From NCBI GenBank assembly GCA_965261735.1, contig OZ253470.1:2528001-2592000 (forward strand): a stretch of DNA of 64,000 bases, in the 5' to 3' direction. The notes under the pieces were generated by a model. That model ran no database searches. It was not told the origin of the DNA and saw only the letters and a list, made by a program, of their open reading frames with translations. A program made the translations under genes and the position numbers. The DNA is from Alphaproteobacteria bacterium. Lineage in GTDB: Bacteria; Pseudomonadota; Alphaproteobacteria; SHVV01. Below, piece by piece: positions 23,391-36,770 of this stretch; the first letter of the stretch is position 1, and each line of letters starts with the position of its first letter.

Positions 23391-23439
23391 GTGGCCTGGC
23401 CGCGCCGGCCATCGCCGTCGCGGGCTACCGAATCTTACT

Positions 23440-24315
23440 CTACTCAGGGTTGTGGCAGAGGCGCTGGCACACCAGATCGAGCTGGTCGAGGGTGCGAAAG
23501 CCGATGTTCATCTCGCCCCCCCTGTCCGGGCGATGGCGGATGGTGACCTTGAGCCCGAGGGCCTGAGACAGGTCGCGCTCGAGCGATACCGTGTCAGCAT
23601 CCTTCGCCGCTTTCCGGCGGCCACGCGGCGTGGGCGCCCGCGTCTGGGCGAGGCGTTCGGCTTCGCGCACCGAGAGCCCGCGGCGCACGATCTCGTGGGC
23701 GAGCTTCTCGGGATCGTCGGTACCGAGCAGGGTCCGAGCATGGCCCGCCGTCAGCCGGCCATCCTCGATCATCGCCTTGACCGTGTCCGGCAGGCCGAGC
23801 AGGCGGAGCACGTTGGCGACGTGGCTTCGGCTCTTGCCGATGGTCTGCGCGAGCTGCTCCTGGGTGTGCGCGAACTCGTCGATCAGGCGGCGATAGGCCT
23901 GAGCTTCTTCGATGGCGGTCAGGTCCTCGCGCTGGAGGTTTTCCACCAGCGCGATTTCCAACACCTCGGCATCGGCGAGTTCTTTAACGATGACCGGGAT
24001 CTGGTGGAGCTGGGCGACCTGGGCGGCGCGCCACCGTCGCTCGCCGGCGACGATCTCGTAGGTGTCGGCGTCGTCCCCACTGCGCCGCACGACGATGGGC
24101 TGGAGAATGCCGTGCGCCCTGATCGAGGCAACGAGGGCTTGGCCCGCCTCGTCGTCGAATCGGCTGCGCGGCTGCAGCGGGTTTGGCCTGAGGAACTCGA
24201 CCGGGACCTCCTTGGTCGTACGAAGGCGGTCGAGCGACGCATAGTCGTCCGTGTCCTCACCGAGAAGCGCCGACAGTCCGCGACCCAAGCCCAGGTGCTT
24301 GCCCTCCTCGCTCAT
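23440..24315 (-). CDS. parB: Chromosome partitioning protein ParB
   Basis: LGRGLSALL, GERRWRA, ENLQREDL, HTH KSRSHVAN. Confidence 0.97.
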   Translation of the reverse strand: MSEEGKHLGLGRGLSALLGEDTDDYASLDRLRTTKEVPVEFLRPNPLQPRSRFDDEAGQALVASIRAHGILQPIVVRRSGDDADTYEIVAGERRWRAAQVAQLHQIPVIVKELADAEVLEIALVENLQREDLTAIEEAQAYRRLIDEFAHTQEQLAQTIGKSRSHVANVLRLLGLPDTVKAMIEDGRLTAGHARTLLGTDDPEKLAHEIVRRGLSVREAERLAQTRAPTPRGRRKAAKDADTVSLERDLSQALGLKVTIRHRPDRGGEMNIGFRTLDQLDLVCQRLCHNPE

Positions 24316-25130
24316 GCGACCGCCGCCGCCGCTTCTGCCTCAGCCTCGCGGTTCAGCAGTTCCCTCGCCAGGCGAATGTAGGCGTCGCTCCCGGCACAGC
24401 GATGGTCGTAGAGCAGCGCTGGCTTGCCGAACGACGGCGCCTCGGAGACGCGCACGTTGCGGGGGATGACCGTGTCATAAACCTTGGCGCCGAGGAAGCC
24501 GCGCACGTCGGCCGCGACCTGTTCGGAGAGGTTATTGCGCTTGTCGAACATCGTCAGCACCACACCATCGATGTCGAGCTCGGGATTGAAGTTGGCACGC
24601 ACGCGCTCCACCGTCCGCATCAATCGGCTCAGTCCCTCGAGCGCAAAGAACTCGCACTGCAGGGGCACCAGTACCGAGGTCGCGGCAACGAGCGCGTTCA
24701 GCGTCAGCAGGCCGAGCGCCGGCGGACAGTCGATGAGAACATAGTGGTATTTTCCTGAGCACTGGTTAAGCGCCATGCGCAGTCGGTGGCTGCGCTGGGG
24801 GAGGTCGATGAGCTCGAGCTCGGCGGCCGTGAGATCGGCGCTCGAGGGCACCACGTCGAGCCCGGGCACGTCGCTCATCGTCGTCGCCTGGCCCACGGTG
24901 GCCGAACCCAACAGCACTTCGTAGCTCGACACGGCGCGGGCGGCGTGCTTGATTCCGAGGCCGGTACTAGCGTTGCCCTGAGGGTCGAGATCGAAGAGCA
25001 GGACGCGGCGCTCGATAGCCGCCAACGCCGTCGCCAAGTTGATTGCCGTCGTCGTCTTGCCGACCCCGCCCTTCTGATTGGCGATCGCCAGGACGCGGGT
25101 GCGGCGTGGCACGGTAGCGACGTCAAGCAC
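24312..25130 (-). CDS. parA: Chromosome partitioning ATPase ParA
   Basis: NQKGGVGKTTT, DLDPQGN, IDCPP, IPRNVRVSEAPS. Confidence 0.97.
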   Translation of the reverse strand: MLDVATVPRRTRVLAIANQKGGVGKTTTAINLATALAAIERRVLLFDLDPQGNASTGLGIKHAARAVSSYEVLLGSATVGQATTMSDVPGLDVVPSSADLTAAELELIDLPQRSHRLRMALNQCSGKYHYVLIDCPPALGLLTLNALVAATSVLVPLQCEFFALEGLSRLMRTVERVRANFNPELDIDGVVLTMFDKRNNLSEQVAADVRGFLGAKVYDTVIPRNVRVSEAPSFGKPALLYDHRCAGSDAYIRLARELLNREAEAEAAAAVA

Positions 25131-25791
25131 GCTTAAGTCCTCTGAGCCGCAATACGGATCCGTCCGGATCGGACAGGCTCGGCAGTTGCTCGACGGTCAT
25201 CTTCCAATATTTACCGGCGTCGGTCAATTCCCGCGCGACCGATCGCCCCTTGGGAAACAGGCACACGGTGGCGCGGCCGACGAACGGATGCGCAAGCCCG
25301 CACAGCCGCGCGAGCGGCGCCACGGCGCGCGCGGTGACGACATCGACGGGCCACGGGGTGAGGGCCTCGATACGCGCACGGTGGATAACGACCGGTGCTG
25401 CCGTGACCCGCGCGGCCACCGCCAGAAACGCGCATTTCCGCGCGTTGCTTTCGACGAGATGGACTTCGGGTGCGCCCATGATGGCCAGCACCAGGCCGGG
25501 GAAACCGGCGCCGCTACCGATGTCGATCCAGGTTCGCGCGGACGCCGGCGCGAGCGCCAGTAGCTGCACCGAGTCGAGAATGTGGCGGCGCCAGACATCG
25601 CCGAAGCTCGCCGGGCTGACGAGGTGGGTGGCACTCTGCCATTTGGCGATCAACGCGACGAGCTCGGCCAGGCGGTCTAGTGTTTCACGTGAAACGCCGG
25701 CGGCTGAGCGAAACTCCGAAGCCGTCAGCGGCGGCAGCTCCAACGATGGTGTTCGACTAGGGGTAGGCACTGGCGCCGCCGCGCCGGACAT
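25123..25791 (-). CDS. rsmG: 16S rRNA m7G527 methyltransferase RsmG (GidB)
   Basis: [28 protein letters not shown]. Confidence 0.95.
   Translation of the reverse strand: MSGAAAPVPTPSRTPSLELPPLTASEFRSAAGVSRETLDRLAELVALIAKWQSATHLVSPASFGDVWRRHILDSVQLLALAPASARTWIDIGSGAGFPGLVLAIMGAPEVHLVESNARKCAFLAVAARVTAAPVVIHRARIEALTPWPVDVVTARAVAPLARLCGLAHPFVGRATVCLFPKGRSVARELTDAGKYWKMTVEQLPSLSDPDGSVLRLRGLKRA
25681..25696. other. parS centromere-like site within rsmG
   Basis: TGTTTCACGTGAAACG, 15/16 match to TGTTTCACGTGAAACA, just upstream of parAB. Confidence 0.9.
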
Positions 25792-27640
25792 GGGCGAGGA
25801 GCGCGGTCAGCGACGCCGGGGTCACGCCCGAGATGCGCGCGGCCGCGCCCAGCGTGGGCGGGCGGGCTGCCTGCAGTTTTCCCCGCACCTCCGTCGACAG
25901 GGCGCCGACCGCCGCGTAGTCCAGGTCGTCCGGCAGCAGAAGGCTTTCGTCGCGCCGAAACGCCTTGATGTCCGCCGCCTGGCGCCCGAGGTATCCGGCA
26001 TAACGGGCGTCGATTTCGAGCTGCTCGGCGACCTCCGCACGGACCCCGGCGAGCTCGGGCCAGATCATCGCCAACTGTTTGACGTCGACACCGGGTAGAG
26101 CCAACAGATCTGCCGCGGAGCGCCACTCGCCATCGCGATTGACGTTGAGGCCGCGACGACACGCGGCATCCGGCGTCAGCCCGAGCTCGGCGACGATCGC
26201 GCGCGCCGCGCCCAGCGCTTCAGCCTTGTGAGCAAAATCGTGGCGCCGTTCGGCGCCGACACACCCGGCGGTTATCCCCTTCGGCGTCAGGCGTTGGTCC
26301 GCGTTATCGGCGCGCAAGCTGAGGCGATACTCCGCGCGCGAGGTAAACATTCGATAGGGCTCGGAAGTCCCCTTCGTCACGAGGTCGTCGATCAAGACGC
26401 CGATATAGGCGTCCGCCCTATCGAGCACGACGGGACCCTCCTTGCCGGCCGCTCGGGCCGCGTTGAGGCCGGCCACGATACCCTGCGCGGCCGCTTCCTC
26501 GTAACCTGTGGTCCCGTTGATCTGCCCGGCGAAGTAGAGGCCGGCTATACGGCGCGTCTCCAAGCTCGGCCGCAACTCGCGCGGATCGACGAAATCGTAC
26601 TCGATGGCGTAACCGGGCCGCGTCATCCGGGCCTGTTCGAGGCCGGGAATGGATTCGATGAGCTCTTGCTGCACCTCGCGCGGCAGCGAGGTCGATATAC
26701 CGTTGGGATAGATCGTCGAATCCTCGAGTCCCTCGGGCTCAAGGAAGATTTGATGCCGGGCGCGGTCGGCAAAGCGAACGACCTTGTCCTCGATCGAGGG
26801 ACAGTAACGCGGCCCCGCGCTTTCGATCTGCCCGGAATACATGGGTGAGCGATGCAAGTTCGCGCGTATCAGGGCGTGCGATCTCGGCGTCGTGGCGGTG
26901 ATGTGGCAGGGGATCTGCGGCGTCGTGATCGCGCCCGTGAGAAACGAGAAGGGTACCGGCGGATCGTCGCCGAGCTGTACCTCGAGTTTCTCCCAGTCGA
27001 TCGTATTACCATCGAGGCGGGGCGGCGTCCCGGTCTTAAGGCGGCCGAGAGCGAAACCGGCCCGTTCGAGGGTGAGCGCGAGCCCGCGCGCCGGTGCCTC
27101 GCCGACGCGGCCCGCCGGCGTCCGCTCCTCCCCGATGTGAATCAGCCCACGCAGGAACGTGCCCGTGGTCACGACCACGCGCGCGGCCGAGATCGCGCGC
27201 CCATCGCCTGTGACGATGCCGGTAACCGTGCGCCCGCTGAGGAGCAGATCCTCAACCGCCGCACCATGAACATCGAGGCCCGGCGTGGCGTAAAGCGCGC
27301 CCTGCATGGCCCGGCGATAGAGCGCGCGGTCGGCCTGCGCCCGGGGCCCGCGCACCGCCGGCCCCTTGCGCCGGTTGAGCACGCGGAACTGAATGCCGGC
27401 CCGGTCCGCAACCCGCCCCATCAAGCCATCGAGGGCATCGATCTCGCGCACGAGGTGGCCCTTGGCGACGCCCCCAATCGCCGGGTTGCAGGACATCTCG
27501 CCGATGGTCGCGGGGTTGTGGGTGATCAACAATGTGGCGGCGCCGAACCGGGCGGCGGCCGCTGCCGCCTCGCAGCCCGCGTGGCCGCCCCCTACGACGA
27601 TGACATCGTAACAGGACTTCGGATCGACCTTCCCCGTCAT
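25757..27640 (-). CDS. mnmG: tRNA modification enzyme MnmG (GidA)
   Basis: [43 protein letters not shown]. Confidence 0.98.
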   Translation of the reverse strand: MTGKVDPKSCYDVIVVGGGHAGCEAAAAAARFGAATLLITHNPATIGEMSCNPAIGGVAKGHLVREIDALDGLMGRVADRAGIQFRVLNRRKGPAVRGPRAQADRALYRRAMQGALYATPGLDVHGAAVEDLLLSGRTVTGIVTGDGRAISAARVVVTTGTFLRGLIHIGEERTPAGRVGEAPARGLALTLERAGFALGRLKTGTPPRLDGNTIDWEKLEVQLGDDPPVPFSFLTGAITTPQIPCHITATTPRSHALIRANLHRSPMYSGQIESAGPRYCPSIEDKVVRFADRARHQIFLEPEGLEDSTIYPNGISTSLPREVQQELIESIPGLEQARMTRPGYAIEYDFVDPRELRPSLETRRIAGLYFAGQINGTTGYEEAAAQGIVAGLNAARAAGKEGPVVLDRADAYIGVLIDDLVTKGTSEPYRMFTSRAEYRLSLRADNADQRLTPKGITAGCVGAERRHDFAHKAEALGAARAIVAELGLTPDAACRRGLNVNRDGEWRSAADLLALPGVDVKQLAMIWPELAGVRAEVAEQLEIDARYAGYLGRQAADIKAFRRDESLLLPDDLDYAAVGALSTEVRGKLQAARPPTLGAAARISGVTPASLTALLAHVRRGGASAYP

Positions 27641-27715
27641 GGCGCTCAAACTAGTGCCGCCAACCGGGCCTGTCAAAGCTCCCGCACCATAGAGGCGAGG
27701 GCCTTCACCGACACA

Positions 27716-29061
27716 TCATTTTCCGATGCAGAAGTCTCGGAACACTATATCTAGTATGTCCTCGACGTCGACACGACCGGTGATGCGCCCCAGCGCACGG
27801 GCCGCGAGGCGCACGTCCTCGGCCATCAGGTCGACGTCACCGCGGGCCTCCGCCGCGGCGAGCGCACGCTCGATCGACCCCGCGCAGTCCTCCAAGGCCC
27901 GGCGGTGGCGCAACCTGGTCAGGCTGGGCCCACCGCTTAGGCGCTCCGACACCGCGTCCACCAAGGTGGCGAGCAGCTCCGGTACGCCCAGCCCCGAATG
28001 CGCCGATATGGCCAAGGCGGGGCGGCCTCCGGACGCGTGCGGGGTTGGCGGCGCGCGCAGGTCGGATTTGTTGATCACGACCACCGTATCGCCATCGACG
28101 AGGCCCGCAGTCGCCTCGTCGAGTGCTGGCCAGTGGCAGGCGTCGAAGAGCGCGAGCTTGAGATCGGCAACCGCTGCCCGCGCCATCGCGCGGCGTACGC
28201 CCTCGCTCTCGACAGCATCGGTACTGTCGCGCAATCCCGCGGTGTCCGCCACGGTCACCGGGTAGCCCCCGAGCTCGAGGCGGACCTCGATCACGTCGCG
28301 GGTGGTGCCGGTGGTCGCGGCGACGATGGCCGCGTCGCGCCGCGCGAGCAGGTTTAGCAGGCTTGATTTGCCAACATTGGGAGCGCCGACAATGGCCACG
28401 TACAGCCCCTCCCGGAGGCGCTCGCCGCGGCGGTTGTCGTCGAGGTGGCCGACGATTTCGGTGCGAAGGACGGCGATCTCGCCGATCGCCGCGGCCGCGA
28501 CCGACGGCGGTAAGTCCTCATCGACGAAGTCGATCTCGCTCTCGATATGCGCGAGCCCGCGCAATAGGCGGGCTCGCCAGTCCTCGTAGAGAGCGCCGAG
28601 AGCGCCGTCGAGCTGGCGCAGGGCCTGGCGCCGCTGGGCCGCAGTTTCGGCGTTGACGAGATCGGCCAGGCCCTCGGCCTGCGTGAGATCGAGCTTGCCA
28701 TTCTCGAAGGCGCGGCGGCTGAACTCGCCGGGCTCGGCGGGCCGCAAGCCGGGCAGGGCGCCAAGGGCCTCGACCAGGGCGCTACGACCGCCGTTCCGCC
28801 GTGGACGTGAAACTCGGCCACGTCCTCGCCGGTGAAGCTCGCCGGCTCGGGAAACCACAGCACGAGACCGCGATCGATGGTGTCACCGTCACCGCCGCGC
28901 AGGCGCGCCCGCCGCGCCGCGCGGGGCGGCCCCGGCGCCCGCCCGGTGAGCGCCCGTAGCGCCGCGTCCGCCGCAGGGCCCGAAACCCGGACCACGGCCA
29001 CGCCGGCGCGGCCGGCGCCCGATGATAGGGCGAAAATCGTGTCGGAGGTCGCTGGGTCTAT
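27716..29061 (-). CDS. mnmE: tRNA modification GTPase MnmE, with apparent -1 frameshift at ~28780 and no canonical start nearby
   Basis: [23 protein letters not shown] in one frame; [38 protein letters not shown] in another. Confidence 0.9.
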
Positions 29062-29438
29062 TCCCGAGCCTCGGTCTCGTCGACGCCCAGCATCAGGCGC
29101 TCGACGCGATCGTCCTTGACCAGGTGCGTCTCGATGATCTCGTCGATATCGGACTCGTTGACGAAGGTGTACCACGTGCCTTCGGGGTAGATCACCATGT
29201 TGGGGCCGAGTTCGCAGCGATCCAGGCAGAGAGCCTGGTTCACGCGCACGCCCTCGACCTTGAGCTCGCTCACGCGCTGCTTCATGTAGCCGCGCATCTC
29301 GACCGAGCCCTTCTCCTTGCAACAGCCGCGCGGGTGCCCGGGCGCACGCTCGTTCAGGCACACGAAGACGTGCTTGCGATAGAACAGGGGCTCGTCCTTG
29401 GCCGCCCCGGGCGCTTCGTCGCGCACCGTGTCATTCAT
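29058..29438 (-). CDS. Thioredoxin-like (2Fe-2S) ferredoxin
   Basis: HVFVCLNER...GCC...[17 protein letters not shown]. Confidence 0.9.
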   Translation of the reverse strand: MNDTVRDEAPGAAKDEPLFYRKHVFVCLNERAPGHPRGCCKEKGSVEMRGYMKQRVSELKVEGVRVNQALCLDRCELGPNMVIYPEGTWYTFVNESDIDEIIETHLVKDDRVERLMLGVDETEARE

Positions 29439-29633
29439 GCACCCCGTCTCCTCTGCTGCACGCGGCGCTCGTCCGCCGTTGCGGCGAGCGCTCAACCACC
29501 TAGCGCCATTCCTACTGCATCGACGGCGCCGCGGGCAAATCCTAATATCGCCTTGCCGGCACCAACCATCGATCAATATCGCTAGCGGGCGCCGCCGGCC
29601 CAGAGCCTTCCGCGATCCTCGGAGATGCCCCAG

Positions 29634-31676
<2,043 letters not shown>

Positions 31677-31890
31677 CAACCCTAGATCAAGGCGCTAGAG
31701 TGTGCGCACGACAGGGTGAACGGAGAGCGCCAGGGGGGCGGGGGCCCACGACAAGTAAATCCGGCCGGCACCGGCCGTAGGGGCGTAGAGCCCTCCGCCG
31801 GCGCCGCGTTCGCGCCCCTAACAGCCCAGCGGACGTCCGCATCGGTCCGGTCCCACCAGGCATCGATTCACGAACCACAAGAGAGAGCCC

Positions 31891-32868
31891 ATGCCGAAAG
31901 CTATCCGATTCTACAAAAACGGTGGTCCGGACGTTTTCCGGTGGGAAGACGTGACGCTCGGTGACCCTGGCCCCGGCGAGGCGCGCATCACGCACAAGGC
32001 CGTCGGCCTCAATTTCATCGATTGCTACTTCCGCAGCGGGCTCTATGCGCCGCCCTCGTTCCCGAGCGGTGTGGGCGTGGAGGGTGCCGGGGTGGTCGAT
32101 GCCGTCGGCCGCGGCGTCAAGAACGTCAAGCGAGGCGACCGCGTCGTGTACGCGCTTGGGCCCCTCGGCGCCTATTCCGAACAGCGCGTGCTGCCGGCGG
32201 GTATCCTCGTCAAGCTGCCGGCTGGCGTCAGCTTCGAGCAGGGCGCAGCGGTGATGCTCAAGGGTATGACGGCGCAATATCTCATCCGCCGCACCTACCG
32301 GGTGAAAAAGGGCGACACCATCTTGTGGCACGCGGCCGCCGGCGGGGTTGGCCTGATCGCCTGCCAATGGGCCAAGAGCCTCGGCGCCAGGGTCATCGGC
32401 ACCGTCGGCGGCGCCGAGAAGGCGAAGCTCGCCAAGCGCCACGGTTGCAGCCACGTCATCGACTACAACAAAGGGGACTTCGTCAAGCGCGTGCGCGAGA
32501 TCACCAAGGGCAAGGGCGTGCCGGTGGTCTATGATTCGGTCGGCAAGCAGACCTTCCTGAAGTCGCTCGACTGCCTCGCGCCGCTCGGCACGATGGTGCT
32601 GTTCGGCCAGTCGTCGGGCCCGCCCGATGCGCTCAACGTCGGTACGCTGGCGGCCAAGGGCTCGTTGTTCCTGACCCGTCCGGGCCTCGCCAACTACACG
32701 GCCACGCGCGACGACCTCGAGGCCTGTGCGCGCGATCTCTTCCGCGCCGTGCGATCGGGCGCGGTCAAGGTTGAGATCCGCCAGAGGCTGCCACTCAAGG
32801 ACGCCGCCAAGGCCCACCGGGCGCTCGAATCGCGCAAGACCACGGGCTCAACGGTGCTGATTCCGTAG
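31891..32868 (+). CDS. qor: NADPH:quinone oxidoreductase (zeta-crystallin family)
   Basis: GLNFID, HAAAGGVG, YDSVG, KGSLFLTRP, TTGS. Confidence 0.92.
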   Translation: MPKAIRFYKNGGPDVFRWEDVTLGDPGPGEARITHKAVGLNFIDCYFRSGLYAPPSFPSGVGVEGAGVVDAVGRGVKNVKRGDRVVYALGPLGAYSEQRVLPAGILVKLPAGVSFEQGAAVMLKGMTAQYLIRRTYRVKKGDTILWHAAAGGVGLIACQWAKSLGARVIGTVGGAEKAKLAKRHGCSHVIDYNKGDFVKRVREITKGKGVPVVYDSVGKQTFLKSLDCLAPLGTMVLFGQSSGPPDALNVGTLAAKGSLFLTRPGLANYTATRDDLEACARDLFRAVRSGAVKVEIRQRLPLKDAAKAHRALESRKTTGSTVLIP

Positions 32869-32904
32869 CCGGCACGCTGGGCCGTCGCGTTGCGCCGAGC
32901 TATC

Positions 32905-33612
32905 TCAACCGGCGAACTGCTTGGCGATGCGGGCTTGGTAGGCGTCGGCCGCGGCACGCGGGTTCGCGGCCGTGAGGATGGGGCGGCCGACGACGATATA
33001 GTCTGCGCCGGCTTCGAAGGCCTCCTCGACATCCACCGTGCGCTTCTGATCGTCGGCCGTGGGCTGCCCGGCGGGCCGAATGCCTGGAACCACGATCAGG
33101 AATTCCGAGCCGAGCTCGCGCCGCAGTCGCTGTGCCTCGAGGCCGGATGCAATTACCCCATCGCAGCCGGCCGCGTGCGCGTCGCGCGCGCGCGCGACGA
33201 CTACATCAGTCACGTCGCGCGCCGAGCCCCACCCGGCCAGGTCGCGCGCGTCGTGGCTGGTCAGGACGGTGACCGCGAGTATGCCGAGGCCGCCCTTGGC
33301 GGCCACCGCGGCTTCGAGCATCGCAGCCTCGCCGTGGACGGTGGCGAGGCTCGCGCCGCGGCCGTCGAGCCCGCGCACCGCCGCCGCCACCGTACGCGGG
33401 ACGTCGAAGAACTTGAAATCGGCGAAGACCTTCTTGCCGCGCTCGCGCAGCCACTCGATCAGCTCGAAGCAGCCGCCTGCCATCAGCAGCTCTAGCCCGA
33501 CCTTGTAGTAGCCGACGCTGCCATCGAGCTCCGTGACGAGTCGCTTGGCCGCCGCCGCCTCGGGGACATCGAGCGCGACGATCAAGCGCTCGTGCACGGC
33601 GATGGCGGACAT
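32905..33612 (-). CDS. pyrF: Orotidine-5'-phosphate decarboxylase
   Basis: IVALD, KVGLEL, DFKFFDVPRTV (DxKxxD), VPGIR, VVGRPI. Confidence 0.95.
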   Translation of the reverse strand: MSAIAVHERLIVALDVPEAAAAKRLVTELDGSVGYYKVGLELLMAGGCFELIEWLRERGKKVFADFKFFDVPRTVAAAVRGLDGRGASLATVHGEAAMLEAAVAAKGGLGILAVTVLTSHDARDLAGWGSARDVTDVVVARARDAHAAGCDGVIASGLEAQRLRRELGSEFLIVVPGIRPAGQPTADDQKRTVDVEEAFEAGADYIVVGRPILTAANPRAAADAYQARIAKQFAG

Positions 33613-33702
33613 CGGCGACTGCTTACTCCAACGCCGCCGCGTTTTCCACCAAATCTCTTCTTGGGATTGCGGTCATCGTGGCAAGCATGTGCCTATTGCC
33701 GC

Positions 33703-33731
33703 AAATAGATGGCGCCCTTAGTAAGACGCCA
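33703..33731 (-). terminator. Possible stem-loop terminator after rho
   Basis: TGGCGTCTT-ACTA-AGGGCGCCA (with G-U pairs) followed by TCTATTT; weak U-tract. Confidence 0.4.
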
Positions 33732-33745
33732 GAAGTACTCGATCG

Positions 33746-35002
33746 TCAGGTATTCATCGACTTGAAGAACTCGGCGTTGTCCTTGGACTGCTTGAGCTTG
33801 TCGAGCAGGAACTCCATCGCGTCGCCCACGCCCATGGGCATGAGGATGCGCCGCAGCACCCACATCTTGGACAGCGTGCCCTTGTCGACGAGCAGCTCCT
33901 CCTTGCGCGTGCCCGACTTGGTGATATCGATGGCCGGCCAGGTGCGCTTGTCGGACAGCTTTCGGTCGAGGATGATCTCCGAGTTGCCGGTCCCCTTGAA
34001 CTCCTCGAAGATGACCTCGTCCATGCGGCTGCCGGTATCGATCAGCGCCGTCGAGATGATCGTCAGCGAGCCCCCCTCCTCGATGTTGCGGGCGGCGCCG
34101 AAGAAGCGCTTGGGCCGCTGCAACGCGTTGGCGTCGACGCCGCCCGTGAGCACCTTGCCCGAGGACGGCACGACGGTGTTGTAGGCGCGCCCTAGCCGGG
34201 TGATCGAATCGAGGAGGATGACGACGTCGCGCTTGTGTTCGACGAGCCGCTTCGCCTTCTCGATCACCATCTCGGCGACCTGCACGTGGCGCGCCGCCGG
34301 CTCGTCGAAGGTCGAGCTGATGACCTCGCCCTTGACCGAGCGCTGCATGTCGGTCACCTCCTCCGGCCGTTCGTCGATGAGGAGGACGATGAGGTAGCAC
34401 TCGGGGTGATTCTCGGCGACGGAGTGGGCGATGTTCTGCAGCAGCATCGTCTTGCCGGTGCGCGGCGGCGCCACGATCAGGGCGCGCTGGCCCTTGCCGA
34501 GGGGCGCGATCAGGTCGATGACGCGGGCGCTGCGGTCTTTCAGGGTCGGGTCTGCGGTTTCGAGGCTGAGCTTATCCTCGGGATAGAGCGGCGTCAGGTT
34601 ATCGAAGTTGATCTTGTGGCGCGTCTTCTCGGGCTCGTCGAAATCGATGCTCGCGATCTTGAGGAGGGCGAAGTAGCGCTCGCCGTCCTTGGGCGCCCGG
34701 ATCAGGCCGTCGACCGTGTCGCCGGTGCGCAGGCTGAAACGGCGGATCTGACTCGGGCTGACGTAGATGTCGTCGGGGCCAGGTAGGTAGTTGGCCTCAG
34801 GCGAGCGCAGAAAGCCGAACCCGTCCTGCAGGATTTCGAGCACACCACCGCCGGAAATCTCGACGTCGCGGTCGGCCAGCAGCTTGAGGATGGCGAACAT
34901 CATGTCCTGCTTGCGCAGGGTGCTGGCGTTCTCGACCTCGAGCTCCTCGGCGTAGTCGAGCAGTTCGGTCGGCGACTTGCGCTTGAGTTCCAGTAGATTC
35001 AT
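33746..35002 (-). CDS. rho: Transcription termination factor Rho
   Basis: [45 protein letters not shown]. Confidence 0.99.
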   Translation of the reverse strand: MNLLELKRKSPTELLDYAEELEVENASTLRKQDMMFAILKLLADRDVEISGGGVLEILQDGFGFLRSPEANYLPGPDDIYVSPSQIRRFSLRTGDTVDGLIRAPKDGERYFALLKIASIDFDEPEKTRHKINFDNLTPLYPEDKLSLETADPTLKDRSARVIDLIAPLGKGQRALIVAPPRTGKTMLLQNIAHSVAENHPECYLIVLLIDERPEEVTDMQRSVKGEVISSTFDEPAARHVQVAEMVIEKAKRLVEHKRDVVILLDSITRLGRAYNTVVPSSGKVLTGGVDANALQRPKRFFGAARNIEEGGSLTIISTALIDTGSRMDEVIFEEFKGTGNSEIILDRKLSDKRTWPAIDITKSGTRKEELLVDKGTLSKMWVLRRILMPMGVGDAMEFLLDKLKQSKDNAEFFKSMNT

Positions 35003-35155
35003 ACGCGGGCTTCCTTAACCGAGATCGGGGCGAGACGGGGACGAGGTGGCGCGCGTGACCACGCTCTCGTGGACGGCTTGGCCAAGACTCGCGGAATTGT
35101 CGGGGGAGGCGACAAACCAAGATGCGGTCCCGAGCGGGCCGCCTGGATGTAGCCA

Positions 35156-35184
35156 AGCATCCTCTATTGGCGTCGATAAGTCAA
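35156..35184 (-). promoter_or_regulatory. Putative sigma-70 promoter for rho
   Basis: TTGACT-17 bp-GATGCT upstream of a ~150-nt leader. Confidence 0.4.
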
Positions 35185-35258
35185 ACCAAGAGTTCGCGCC
35201 CGTTTCGATTGCTAAGGGGCGACAACCACCTGGTCCTGCCTAAGATTCCGGTGAAGGT

Positions 35259-35699
35259 TTAGAAAGGTTTTACGACCACGAGCACAACAATGAAGACGAG
35301 CAACACCGTCGGCACTTCATTGGCGATGCGGTAGAACCTTTCGCTGCGGCGATTGGTTCCGGCGGCGAAGTCACCGCGCCAGCGCGAGAACGACCCGTGC
35401 AGCGCCCCGAGCGCTAGCACGCACGCGAGTTTCACCCATATCCACACCTGCCCCCAGTCAATCAATCCCGGCGTCGCAAGCAGCAGACTGCCGAAGACGA
35501 AAGCCGCCGTCATAGCCGGATTGATGATGACGCGGAGCAGCCGGCGCTCCATCACTTCAAGCATCTGCGCGCTCGCCGACCCGGGCTCCGCGCGGCAGTG
35601 GTAGACGTAGAGGCGCGGCAGATACAGCATGCCCGCCATCCAAGCGATGACGCCGATGATGTGCAGCGCCTTGATCCACAGATACCAGGCTTCAAGCAT
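35259..35699 (-). CDS. hemJ: Protoporphyrinogen oxidase HemJ
   Basis: WIKALH, WMAGMLYLPRLYVYH, MERRL, NEVPT, KPF. Confidence 0.95.
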   Translation of the reverse strand: MLEAWYLWIKALHIIGVIAWMAGMLYLPRLYVYHCRAEPGSASAQMLEVMERRLLRVIINPAMTAAFVFGSLLLATPGLIDWGQVWIWVKLACVLALGALHGSFSRWRGDFAAGTNRRSERFYRIANEVPTVLLVFIVVLVVVKPF

Positions 35700-35729
35700 C
35701 GCCGGCCCTTCCAAGTTCGCGCATGCCCG

Positions 35730-36770
35730 TCATGCCATGGCGCAGCGCGCAAAATGCGCCGGGCATAGGCGCGCGCCGGTCGCCGAAGCGAGCGCGGGCT
35801 TTCCGCGCTCGCGCGCGTTCTCGACGAGCTCGGCGAGGCACGAGATGAACAGTGGGTGGGTGGCCGCCGCGGGCACACGGACGTACGCAGGCACGCCCGC
35901 CGCCTCGGCGCGGCGCCGATAGGTGATGTCAAGCTCGACCAAGGTCTCGGAGTGCTCGGACACGAAGGCGATAGGCACGACCACGACGGGGACGCCGTCG
36001 GCGCCGGCGCGGTCGATCTCATCGTCGATCGCGGGCCCGATCCATTCCATGGGGCCGACCCTGCTCTGATAGCACACGACCCAGTCGCCGATGGCGTCGC
36101 CGCGGGCTGCCGCCGCTTTGACGACCGCCGCGGCCGTCTGCTCGATCTGCCACTGGAAGGGATCGCCGCGGGCGACCGTGCGCTTGGGCAGGCCGTGGGC
36201 CGAGAACAGGAAGCGGGGTCGGCCGGCAACCGCGGCCTCACCGAGCGCGGGCCCTAGCAGGGTCGCCTGGCAGGCAATCCACGACTCTTCGTAGGGATAA
36301 CAGCACACCGCCCGGGTCGGCGCGCGCACGCCGGCGGCACCCGCTGCACGCTGCCATGCCGTCAGCGAGGACGCGGTCGTCGCCGTCGAGAACTGGGGGT
36401 AGAGGGGCAACAGGATGACTTCATCGGGGGCAAAGGCCGCGACCTCGCGGGCGACCGCCTCGCTCATCGGGTGCCAGTAGCGCATGGCGGTGAACACCCG
36501 GACCCGCGACGGACCGCCGAGCGCCACCTCGAGGGCGCGCGCCTGGGCCTGGGTTTGTTCGAGCAGCGGCGAGCGGCCGCCGATTTCGGCGTAGATGGCC
36601 GCCGCAACCGGGCCGCGCCGGCGCGATATCTGCGCCGCCAGCGGCCGGCGCAACAGACTCGGCAGGCCGATGATCGCGGGGTCGTTGAAGAGATTGAACA
36701 GAAACGGGCGTACCGCCGCCGGATTGTCCGGACCGCCGAGGTTGAAGAGAACGACGGCAGTCCCGCTCAC
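35730..36770 (-). CDS. hemH: Ferrochelatase
   Basis: NLGGP, MRYWHP, PLYPQFS, FSAHGLP, YQSRVGP, FVSEHSETLVELD. Confidence 0.97.
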   Translation of the reverse strand: MSGTAVVLFNLGGPDNPAAVRPFLFNLFNDPAIIGLPSLLRRPLAAQISRRRGPVAAAIYAEIGGRSPLLEQTQAQARALEVALGGPSRVRVFTAMRYWHPMSEAVAREVAAFAPDEVILLPLYPQFSTATTASSLTAWQRAAGAAGVRAPTRAVCCYPYEESWIACQATLLGPALGEAAVAGRPRFLFSAHGLPKRTVARGDPFQWQIEQTAAAVVKAAAARGDAIGDWVVCYQSRVGPMEWIGPAIDDEIDRAGADGVPVVVVPIAFVSEHSETLVELDITYRRRAEAAGVPAYVRVPAAATHPLFISCLAELVENARERGKPALASATGARLCPAHFARCAMA

